The notes below the pieces were generated by a model. The model had not been told where the DNA came from and did no database searches. It saw only the letters and a program-made list of their open reading frames with translations. From Amoebophrya sp. A120 (taxonomy: Eukaryota > Protista > Dinoflagellata), in assembly GCA_905178155.1 (NCBI GenBank), contig CAJINV010000022.1:124001-188000 (forward strand): 64,000 bases of DNA. Reading direction: 5' to 3'. How positions within the stretch are numbered: the stretch's first letter is position 1; every line of letters begins with the position of its first letter. The position numbers were made by a program, and so were the translations under genes. This document shows positions 12,737 to 23,700 of this stretch, one piece after another.

Positions 12737-13771
12737 ATGCCGCAAGCCCAAGACGTTTTCTTTGCCGGCCGGTCCGACAAGAAGAAGCCGATGCAGAAGC
12801 AAGCCTGCCATGCAGAAACAGCTACAGAAGTGGACGAAGCTACGACTCAACAAACCGACAAGGGCATCAACGCGACAGAGCAAGTGGATGAACCAAAAGC
12901 GAAAGTCCCCACAACTTCCATCTTCGGATCATCTGGCACCAGCAAAAAGAACACGACAACATCATCTTCAGAACGAGCTGACGAGAAGCCAGGAAACGAA
13001 CTCAACAACGTAGGCGCGGGGCTATTGAAATTAGCAGCAGAATTTAACAACGGTGAAGATAGCAGCAGCGAGGACGAAGAAGATCCCGACGGCGAAGATG
13101 ATAGTGAGGAAGAGGATGTTGACGACTCAGAAGAAGAAGACTGCTCCGACGACGATGAAGAAGAAGAAGAAGACAACGTGGAGGAGCTTCTGAAACAGCT
13201 TACCAACGACGAGAAGAAGCAACAGGGGCAGGACCTGCTGAAGCAGAAAGATTTCGAAAATGCTTTGGTTTTCCTCGAGGACATGGAAGAAAGTGCGCAA
13301 AGCGTTTTGGTGTTGTTGCAGATTTTGTCTTGCTACTTCGGTATCGAGGAGCAGGCGAAAAAAGATGAGGAGCTCGAGCCTTTGGGGGAAGAAGATTGGC
13401 AGGACGTGGTGAATTACAGTGAGCGGATCATCGAGACTACTAGTACTACAAGCAGTATGAAAATCAAGCCCGCAACCCCGAAGCAACTGGTGAAAGCTTT
13501 TTTCTACCTGGGGAGTGCGCACTCCGCTTTGGAAGATTTCGAAAATGCGGTGGAAATTCTGCAGAAGGCGCTGAAACAGGACAAGGTCGCGAATGGGGAG
13601 TTGTTGGCCCCGTTGATCCAAGTGGAACTGACGAAGGCGAAGAAACAGCTGGACCAAATGCTGCGAGTGAAAAAGAAGGAATTTTTCAAGACAGAAGAGG
13701 AAAAGCGGAAATTGGAACGAAGGAAAATCAGCGGGAAGAAAGCCTTTAACCCACACTGCCTGAAGCACTGA
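12737..13771 (+). CDS. Intronless TPR-repeat protein with acidic tract (co-chaperone-like TPR)
   Basis: 344-aa ORF; D/E tract; TPR-like EKKQQGQDLLKQKDFENAL and KAFFYLGSAHSALEDFENAVEILQKALKQD. Confidence 0.8.
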   Translation: MPQAQDVFFAGRSDKKKPMQKQACHAETATEVDEATTQQTDKGINATEQVDEPKAKVPTTSIFGSSGTSKKNTTTSSSERADEKPGNELNNVGAGLLKLAAEFNNGEDSSSEDEEDPDGEDDSEEEDVDDSEEEDCSDDDEEEEEDNVEELLKQLTNDEKKQQGQDLLKQKDFENALVFLEDMEESAQSVLVLLQILSCYFGIEEQAKKDEELEPLGEEDWQDVVNYSERIIETTSTTSSMKIKPATPKQLVKAFFYLGSAHSALEDFENAVEILQKALKQDKVANGELLAPLIQVELTKAKKQLDQMLRVKKKEFFKTEEEKRKLERRKISGKKAFNPHCLKH

Positions 13772-14216
13772 TTTGGAAAATTTTTTTTTCTCGGGGGGTC
13801 AGAAAAAGAAAAAGTAGACGGCTACAAGGGAGTTGTCCAACACCACCCCCGCGGTTTCTTTCTTGACAATGACTTCTAGAGAAGATCACGCACCTACCAT
13901 TTGGCTCAGGTTCTCGCATCGAAAAAGATAAAGAAAAAGCGTGTAGCAGTACGGTGGGGCAAATTATGTCCGTGCTGTTGCTGTTGGCAACTACGCACAG
14001 GTTCGACGCGCCGTTTGATGTGTTCTCCAGAATAGCGTTAGCGCTTAAGGACGTACTAGCATGGGTATTACCGATCATTCTGAAGATGATCTAGCATTCG
14101 CTCAAGAAGAACTATCTTTTAAAAGAGAGCTGAACACCACGAGCAGATCCCGAGCTGATTGATCCATTTGGCTTTCAATAGAAAGGATTGGATCCCACGT
14201 ATTTAACGGAAGACCC

Positions 14217-15604
14217 ACCGCCTCCGAGATGATCTGCTCCACGTCGGCTATAGTACGATCTGCGCAGATATCGAAAGAAAAAGTGTTGACGTTACGGTTT
14301 TAAGTTTTTTGGAAAAAAAAAATTTTGGGTGTATGCTGGAGGTATGTTTTTGGTTTGTAAGTCGACCCATTCCCGCTATTCGTTCTCGCGGGACTGCGAC
14401 GAAGCTCGCTTGGTTTGACCTAGCTAGTGCACAAAATATGACGGCGTAGGACTTCGGCGACCGGGGCCGCCCCCTGCCGTGCCTTCTCCTCGCCGCCGGC
14501 TCTTAGATCCGGGCCAGAACGCTCAAACCTCGAACCGTGGCTAAACCTCGGACGTGTGGACCTATGAGCTTGCATCTAGATGGCGTTTCCGCCAGTTCAG
14601 CTCTGTGCGGCTGTGCAAGTTTCCATCTCGGACCTTTTGGCGCCTTTTGTCAAATTTTCTCCATGACTGAAGAAAAGGTGGCACTTTCGAGGATGAGGGA
14701 AATGGGCAAACTTTGGGTACCAAAATGCCCAAAATTTGCAGGCACCCCAAAAACCGTCAACACCTCATCTAGACACTACGGTATGGTCGATCGGGTCTTC
14801 CAGAAGCCTGCTTTTTTGCATGAAATCGACCAAAAAACCGTCAACACCTCATCTAGCCAGCACGCTATGCTCGATTTGCCTGCTCAGAAGGTGCGCTCCC
14901 GTGCCCGCACCGGTTTGAGTGAAGGGAAATGGATCATAGCGTGCTGTCTAGATGAGGCGTTGACGGTTTTTGTGGGATCTGCATTTTTTGGCCTCGAAAT
15001 GGCGTCAAATCATTGATTTTTTCCTCGGATTTTTCCAATTCCCCAAAAAACCGTCAACATCATATCTGGACAGCATGCTAAGGTCCATTTTCCCTCAATA
15101 AAACAGGTCCATCTCCGGCGTCGATCGTTGCGACGCGTTGGTGGGCGGGTCTTGTCAGCAGTGCCGGGGCCCTGGCCCACCGGCTTACAGCCATCATGGC
15201 TCTTGAGCCCGGACAGGGATTGGGCAGCCATTTCAGGGCTTGAAGGGGCGCAATGTTGTGGCGGGGCCTCATAGTTTTCGCACCGTGTGCACTAGCTTCC
15301 TCTCCCAGAGTTTTACCACTTTAGAGCCCCGCAGGGGCAAAGAATGAGGCTGCGCGGCGGCGAGAAAAAAAAAAATTAAAATGATGGTGCTCAGTACCCA
15401 CAAAAATTTTTTTTTCCAAAAACCCGAAAACCGTAACGTCAACACTTTTTCTTATGATAGCAGAGGAGGTTGTTCATCTCCAAGTGCAACAAGTTGCACG
15501 AAAACCCTACCGCCTCCGAGATGATCTGCTCCACGTCGGCTATAGTACGATCTGCGCCACGGAGGTTGTTCATCTGCAAGTGCAACAAGTTGCACGAAAA
15601 CCTA
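14217..15604. repeat. 96-bp tandem repeat (about 2 units) interrupted by a TIR element
   Basis: ACCGCCTCCGAGATGATCTGCTCCACGTCGGCTATAGTACGATCTGCGC at 14217 and ~15509; GGAGGTTGTTCATCT..AAGTGCAACAAGTTGCACGAAAA at 15465 and 15561. Confidence 0.85.
14269..15459. mobile_element. 1.19-kb non-autonomous TIR element (family G), intergenic
   Basis: TSD GCAGA/GCAGA; ~65-bp imperfect TIR TATCGAAAGAAAAAGTGTTGACGTTACGGTTTT; four internal AAAACCGTCAACA..CAT-type repeats, one inverted. Confidence 0.9.
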
Positions 15605-16122
15605 GTGAAAAAATGACAAACGGAAGTAGAAGGGACTACACTAACTACACATTACACAAGCTTGGTCGTGCGCGGAAGCCTGGTCGTGCACGGTACTGAA
15701 GTACCGGCACAATAATTCGACCGGGTCGTCGTGAAGATGTAGCTGACGATCTAGAAAACTGCATGGCTGCTAGAAAAAAGTAGTCGCAGTTTGTTTATTT
15801 AGAACCACGTGCGTAATTTCAATTGAAACTCGAAAAAATAAACTCCGATGTGAAGAATCCCAGAGCGATCTTGCTTTGCTAAATGCCTTTGCCTCTGATC
15901 AACATCATGCTCTTCGACTTCGATTATCGTACTTATTCAGGGCTCTCCAACAAATACTATACACGTTTTTGCTACTATTGACATCTGTTTTTCTCGTAGT
16001 AGAATTTGTTAGGTCAACATTTATTTTGTACAATAATATTTTTTCTATATTTTTATTTACAGCTTTTCAAAATTGTATAATTTCATCCCACTTCACTACC
16101 ACGAAACACTAGACAAAAAAAA

Positions 16123-18678
16123 ATGCTTTTCACGGGCAACAGGAAACAAGGAGGCAAAGTGATGCTTCTCGTCACGAAAGCATTGCTTTACTCTTGCACG
16201 AGCAGCAGCCTGTGTGCGGGGGCCGCGATGTTGCAGTCGGGAACGGGACAGGGGGAGGTCACGAGTCCTGGTCTGGTCGACAAGACGCCTTCTACTACAA
16301 CAGCATTGGTTCTTCCTACTAGAGAGTCTGGAGCGGAGGCTCTTGCTACTACGGACCAGGCCACACAGATGAAACTGCGAGAACTTTTGAGAGACGGTGA
16401 AAGACGTGACGCGCAAAGGAGGGAAGAACGACGAAGAATGGAGGAGAAAGTGCCCCACGAAGTGCAACTACGGCACGAAAAAAAAGCGTTGGTGGTCGTG
16501 CTGTGCATCAAGACTCTTCTGATATTATAACTACAACCTATGTAAACCTTTACCTTCTATTTAAACTTGTATCGTGCTATAAATAAATGCAGCTTATCTG
16601 CTGGGGCTGGTACTCACTGGTAACCGTAACCGGCGCAGATCTCCATGTAGTTGAAAATCAGTTAGCGCAACAACATCGAAGCTTTTTTTCCTTTCATAGA
16701 GGGGTGGTCCCTGTCGATGTGACAAGAGGCGCAAGCAGGAATGGAGGAACGCGAAAGTCGCGTGCAAGGACCGTATCAAGAGGAACCGCCCTGCTCTTCT
16801 CTCGGCCATTATGGCCGTCGTCGCTATCCTCGCGGTAGGACAACAGCAGTGGCCCACAGGATTCGACAGTTCGAAGCTGTTGAACTTCGATTTTCAATCG
16901 CTGCGTGAAGAAGCAGGCCGGAAGATTGCTCAACAGAAATCTATTTGGATGAAATCGGCCTTGGAGCAGGACCACGACGAGGACGGCGCAGGCGAAGTAG
17001 TACTGCGACTCCATCCCAGGAGGGGAACGCCGGTCGACGAGAGGGACTTCATGATGATCAGGCACCAGGTATCCTGAGTGAAGATGTCCCCACACCAGAG
17101 TCAAGATGGGAGATCTGCTAGACAAATCAGCCAGCTTTGGTTGTTTCGCATGACAAGTTTGTCCGCGTAGTGTAATCCTGCTTAGGTAGTTCAGCAGCAT
17201 CACTGATCTAGCTGATCATGCTGATTATAGCATGACAGATTCCAAAACACGAGGGAGTAGAAAACGCCTCTCATGGGGCTCGGCATGAGAAACTTTTTTG
17301 GCATGCAGATTTGCATCACAACTATGGGGTGGGGACGTTTTTACATAGGATACCAGGAACTAGTTTCCCTTTTTACCGGTCCGAACAGTGAGCACGAATG
17401 GAAAAAATTGGCTCAACAGAATACTCCGAACGCCTTTCCTATGGTAGTGTCAGGATCGAAATCGACAATGTTGAAATACAAATAATTTGTGATGCATAAA
17501 ATGGAGTAGCTTTCAACTGGCGCATGACAAATTTGGCTAGAACCGAATTCCAGTTTGTAGTGCTGTTTGGGTAAGAGAGACGCCTTTTGTCATGCTACTT
17601 TAGCAGCCCTATTTCTACTCTTCAACAGGCTTACAATCTGCCTCCCTTGCCTACGCTGCAAGACAGGTATTTTGTGGGTTGCATTTTATGCATCACAAAC
17701 CATTTCAACTTTGAGGATTTCAATCCTGACACTTCCATATTCCCTTCGGCGCAGTTTTTCTTCGACTTTGCCCAATCCGCAATGAAGGCCGCCAGCCATC
17801 TGGATCGTCACATGGGGCCAGTGCGGGGCCACGGGTTGTGGTCCAAAAAGGACCAGGAAATTATGAGCAACGTTGAAAAAATCGGACGTATTTTTGCGGA
17901 GAACCTGAAGCTGCTAAAGGAAAGGAAAGAACTGCTCGAAGCAGAACCGGTGCGGACGAAAACGTGGCAAGTCGTACCTCGAGCGGCACAGCATGGTAAA
18001 AATAAGCTCTTCGCCTTGAGAGAAATCGACACGGAGCTGAAGAAGTTTTTTGACCAACTTCGGCAAATCCTGATTTCAGACCCAGAGCTTCAGCGTCTCC
18101 TCTTCCGGACCGCGATTGACATCGTGAACGACCCGACGATCTCAAATGAGCATCGCGCGGAGCTGCTGCAGCGCCGACATGAACAAACCGGAGAGGAAAA
18201 CAGCCGCGGACTTTTCTTTTCCAGCGTCGCCAGAAACTTTCTAGAGCGTTGCCCGGTCCTCGTGGAGGAGCAAGAGAATCCAACCGCCTTCCGCGACGAC
18301 CTGCAGACGATTGGAAAAGGAGGTCAACGCTTGTTTAGAACTTTCGGTAACGCCAGCAACGGCCGTGCTATAAAAGGACTCCGTAATACAAACGCCAGCA
18401 ATGTGGTGCAGCAGGCCGAGGCAAAAATGATCGCGTGCGAGCCTGTAACTCCCTTAGATTTGCCGGAAAAGATAATGGACGAGTTTTATCTTTCGACGCA
18501 AGAAGGCCACATGCGTGCCGCACCGGAGGACGATACAGCAGAGGGGGCGCAGCAAGTACCAGCGATGCTCGATTCTGACAAGTGGAGTTACACGCGTTGG
18601 GCCAGAAATTCACTGTTAACTATCGTCGCGGCAGGAAGTACCGGATTGGCGGGCGTGCGGTTGATGTCCTCACAGTGA
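16123..18678 (+). CDS. Hypothetical protein with possible N-terminal signal/TM segments, 4 exons
   Basis: ORF chain 16123/16700/17353/17740. First intron probably ~16462-16699 (GT-AG, donor uncertain); two introners restore frame. Confidence 0.65.
17070..17352. mobile_element. Introner family F (TSD supplies GT-AG)
   Basis: TSD CCAGG/CCAGG; TATCCTGAGTGAAGATGTCCCCAC...GTGGGGACGTTTTTACATAGGATA. Confidence 0.9.
17440..17739. mobile_element. Introner family D
   Basis: TSD TTTCC/TTCCC; TATGGTAGTGTCAGGAT...ATCCTGACACTTCCATA; gives NAFPSAQF. Confidence 0.9.
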
Positions 18679-20749
18679 ATATGAAGGCGAGCGCGTATAA
18701 TTTCATTCTTGGGGCGTGTCTGCTCCGATTGGCAGCACGACAAGGAGCGAGTGATGTGTTTCCTTGCGATAAAATCTCCTGGGACCTCCAGTATTGGAAG
18801 CATCATCTTCTGGTAGACATACTTTACTTACTTCAGAAACTGCTTCTGCCGCTCTGAGCATCGTAAGTACGAAGAAAGTTCAATTAGATGCCACGTCATA
18901 CATGTAAGTCGCGGTCAATAGTTTGATCAGCACGTGTGCTGGCCTCATTATATCTCTTTTTTTTTATCAGATGCAAGCATACACCAGCAGCTTATAGCCG
19001 TGTCGCATGATTGCAGCTTTGCGGGGGGTGAAGATTACGTTATCATGTGCTCCTTTTGCTAGGTTTATTTCCTTTCTATAAATATATGCTGTTTTCGTTT
19101 GTATGATTCTTTTCCGGTACAAGTTGAGCTCTACGTTGTAAAATTCTTTTGATTTTATGTATTATGCAAGAAAGTGCAAGAGCTGCCAGCAGTTCCACGA
19201 TTATGCCAGATTTGGTAGTACCGAGGAGCCAATTATATATATTGTATGATTTGATCCACCATTTGCAGCGCGTCCGTAGTTTTGGCAGGAAAATGAATGA
19301 GATGTTGCAAGATGAGATGTTATCAGATTCGTGTCCTGTCCACATCCACGCTACACCAGGATCAGCTCCGGTGTAGTTGGTGGCGTCTCTGTGGCGACGA
19401 CGACGTGGGTTCTTTTGTTTGTCCGGACTCACACCGCACCGTGATGTGGATGAGACCAGATCTACAATTTGATGCACATCGTAAAAATGATCACAAGGAA
19501 GATCTAGATGAACATGGTTCTCGTCATGATCCTTGCTTTATTTGCGATGCATAAAGAAGAAATGTGAATGTGCACACAAGAACCCCACAAATGAAAAAAT
19601 GCCAAGAAAAACAAATTGAGTGGGAATTATGCCCACGATCTCGTGTGTGCTCTGCTGGTTCTTGCTGCATAGTCAAAAAATGATTCTTCATGATGCAGCA
19701 AATGAACATCACGAGCATGATGGCATCTGCAGCTTCTTCCAGAAGAAATTATCCGTGGTCAAAAGAAAAATAGCCGGGTCAAAAAAAAATATTGACTCCG
19801 AGGATCAAATCGGTATGGGAAGTAGAAGCCGAACCGCGAATCATGATCAATCGATCGCGAAGCAAAGTCGGAACAAAATTCTTTCGGTGCCACAGGTCTT
19901 TTTGTCTCGCTTAATCATAGCAGCTCGAATAAATTATACAAACAAATGGAGCCACCTCATTTTCGCCACCTCATTTTCGTGTCTCTCCCGTGACAGGAAG
20001 ATGACAGAGCCGTGGAAGTTGTAGCGTACTTCTATGTGGAAATGTTTACAAACGCATTATCCACCTGCTCATCCTCGTTTTCGTCCACCAACTGCTCCTT
20101 CGTTATAATTTCATTGTGGTGCTGACATAATATGAAGTTGTGAGCGGACGACTTCTGTGTATATGTGAGTATGAGTACTATGTGAAGCCGGCCGCGATGA
20201 TCATTTTTGTGAGACGAGCACTTACTTCTACGTAAGCCGTCAACTACATGGAGGAGTAGCTTTAGCAAAGAAAAGCGCCATACACAGCCAACATAGGTCT
20301 TGTCGCTTTTGGAGGAAGTCGAAGTTGTTTATTTTGAAGTAAGTTTTTTCACAAGAACTAGAAGTATCCCTTTAAAGATATCATTCGTCTAGTTTCGAAG
20401 TGGTAGAAGTAGTTTGAAGTAAGAAAAAAAATCTAGAGGTCGTAAACAAGTGCGCATGGATATGGAAGACATTTACTATCAATATGCCGCTCCGAGGACG
20501 AGCATGTTGGCCTACGTAGTTTTTATTGTAATTTGAAGTTCAGTATTCTTTTTGTTTTCTGGTAAAATAAAGTGCTGCATGAGCAGCTGCCTGTAGACAT
20601 TAAAATCGTGTTTCAAGAAGATGCGAGTAGTCCCCTCAAGCGTAGAAGAAGTACCAGCATTACATTAAACTGAAAGATGCTGGTCTAAGTGCTCGTCGAC
20701 AAAATAACTTTTTTCATCTGACTACATAAAACATACAAAAAAATAAAGT

Positions 20750-23700
20750 ATGAAGATGGAAATCTTCTCACTGCAGCAGCCCACACGAACCCAGCGCATG
20801 GACATCCACCCTCGCTGGCCAATGCGACGATTCCATTCCGCCTGCGCCGCCGGCACACTACATCAACGGACGATGGTGGTATTTGCTGTCTTCGCAGCGA
20901 CCATCGGGTTATACTACTCGTCGTTTCTCAGTCAGCAGCAAGCCGGTGGCTGGATAATTTTGTTCGCCTCTAGCGCACGAGCAGGAGCTCCCCGAGGACA
21001 TCGAGAGCAGCCTCCGACATTTCATGCTTTACAAGAACATCACCAACACTTTTCCCCAGACCCACGGAAAGGACGACCAGGCAACTCCCTCGCTGCTGTT
21101 CATGAAAATAAAGATCCTTACAGGGCGGGGAGGCACTCGCCGGATTCCACCACTGGTGGGAGCAGCACTACGGGGAGCAGTGCAGGCACTTCTAGCGGTG
21201 CTGGATCCTCCTGGTCAAGAATGAGTGACGATGGAGGATCTTATGCACTACGACGAGGACCTGTTCCTGCTTCAGATCAACATCTTTGCCGCGAGCTCTT
21301 TCCAGCTACTTCCGAAGAGAGAGGCTGCGAGCCCGTCATGCAGCGTAGCTGGGATCCACGGGAAGCAAAATGGGGTCAAGCGAGAGACTTTCTGGGAAGA
21401 AGCGACTTCCGAGAAAAGTTGGACGTGGAGGCACTGAAAGAAGAGATAAAAGCGTTGCTGGGAAAGGAAAGCGCTGAGCTAATGGAGCAACTGGGCGGTT
21501 ATCAGCAGTACGAGCACACGAAAAACAAAAATGTTGGAACAAACGGCGAGAAGGAGGAGGAGGAAAACAAGAACAACGATAAAGCGATGCGGGGAATTGT
21601 GCAACGAATGGGCGGGCGCCGAGATGAAGATGACCGGGGGCTGTTCTATCTTGCGCTGAAGGTGATGTTAAAACAGCTGCGCAATTTGATTAAAGAGCAT
21701 CAAAGCCGCTTTGCGTTTCTTATCAGCGGAGACCATTTGCCATACGTGGCGCTGGCAAATTCAAAATCCTCTCGCGCGCCAACAAGCTACCTGGAAGCGC
21801 TGGTACAGACGGGTATGTTTCACATAGCAGATGCAACAGCCGCAGCAAGGTCAACAGAGAAGGAGCGGTATCGAAGGGATTTGCGCCAGTTTTTTCACCT
21901 TTTTCTCGCTGAGGTGTCGCGGCTCAGAGATGAGAGGGTCGTGAGCTCGGGAAGCAGTAGTTCCTATTTGCTTTCGCCGACCATGACCTGCGTGTTGCGC
22001 GGGCTGCGATTCCCGGCCGAGAATTACGAAAAGGGAAGTGGTGATCCAAAGTGCGACGCAGATCATGCAACACGCCCGACCTGCGTGTACCCGCGCTTTG
22101 TCCTTGTGCGTGATTTGTGCGACTTGGAGGGAACAGTTGCAAGAGAAGGCCGCTCGGCGCACGCAAAGCTCGGAGCGCGTGACCGGAACAACAAGTACTT
22201 TAAGGAGGAGCCCCAGGTTTCCGACAGCACAATCGTCGAAACCGTCACGCTATCCTGTGCAAAAGTATCGTACTCGTATGAATGCAAGTCTTGCATTACA
22301 AATCTTTTTGCTAAGGCAAATCCCCATGACAAGTTCCATTTCTCATGCTAAGGAAATTTGTATTGCAATTTATACTACTGCGATACTTTTGCAATGCATA
22401 CACGCCGATCGCCCCGCACTTTCCCCTGTGGGCCGAGGAGCCCGTTCAGCGGCTGCACGCGCGCGCGATTTTCCATGTGGCGTGGGCTGCGGTGAGGCAC
22501 GAGAAGAACATGCATTGGCGCAAGTGCAGCGGGGGCCACCGTCGTTTCACCGGTCTTAATCGGGTCCCGCCGAAGGGCGATAAAATCATTGTGGATGGCC
22601 CGACGAAGGACGCGAAGGTGAAGCAGAAACACCTGTTGGAATGTTTGCCCGGCCTCCTCCTTCGGGCCCGGGAAAAAAAGGAAGTAGAAGGGGTGAAGAA
22701 TGGTGATCCTTGGGTGCAGAGTCCGCTGTTAGACTTATTTCCACAGCGTCTGGACGGCAGGAAAAACCCGCCTGATACCACGTTGGAAGCGGCTTTGGCA
22801 GAGAGTTTGGCAACGAAAAAAAGAAGCGAAAAACAAGAGTTGTTCCGAAAGCTGTTCATGTTCTCCAGCGGTGGGACGAAAAAACAAGAGGCCTGCCTTA
22901 TGAGACGAGTGCACAATCGAAGACATAGACAATATCCCCTGCTTCTCGTTTGTCATGCAAAATTCGTTTGTCATGCAAAATTCCGACGATCTCGATCGCG
23001 ATGATTTGTGCCTGACTTGTCGAAGTAGTATACTTAGTTAGTTAGACGGCAGGCTGGTACAGCACCAGACTCCAATTCCAAACCGTATTTGTATTTAAGT
23101 ACATTCCGTTGTACTACCGGAATTATTCGTCAACATGTAGAACGTCGAAGGTAGGAGCTAGTAGTAGCAATACTTCTCTGCTCTTTTCGTTTCTACTTCT
23201 GATGTTCTTGTGTGCTCAACATGCTCATGCAATGAGTAGAAATCAATAACGAGAACTCGCAGTTGTAGAACGTCGGGGGGCAGGCAGTCTTGTACTTCTC
23301 ACAGTTGTGTACTCGGATACACCTCGACCTGGTTGGCGACTACAAAGATAATAAGGAGTGGAGCTGCTTGATCGACAACGCAGGCCACTGGAATTATGAT
23401 GGAGACGAGTACAACAACCCGTCGTCAGAAGAGGAGGGAGGTGGAGGATCACGTCGGCGGGGTACAGATGGAAGATCTACTTCAGGGAAAACGACACCTT
23501 CTAGTATCGCGGCGGGTCGAAGACAAGGAGGTAGCGGTCCTTCCAGGTCTTCAGGTGGTAGTCGTGGTACCCCCTCGGCGTCCACGAGCGGATCAAGTTC
23601 CAGACAGCGCTGTACTACAACAGGCGAAACGGAAACTACTTCGTCCGGCAGCGAAGGTCGAACCGGCCTCCGTCGGCCAACGATCTTCGTATCGTCTCTG

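Noticed and set aside
13893-13910. CCTACCATTTGGCTCAGG as a dinoflagellate spliced-leader relic
   Set aside because: Partial match with indels, located downstream of a stop codon rather than upstream of a gene.
14537-15016. 159-aa ORF as the transposase of the 1.19-kb element
   Set aside because: It is translated internal repeats (KTVNTSS twice) with no DDE or DNA-binding motif.
18700-20700. Short ORFs in AT-richer spacers (also 33.7-36.8 and 58.5-60.5 kb)
   Set aside because: No coding-like composition, motifs or splice chain; treated as intergenic or UTR.
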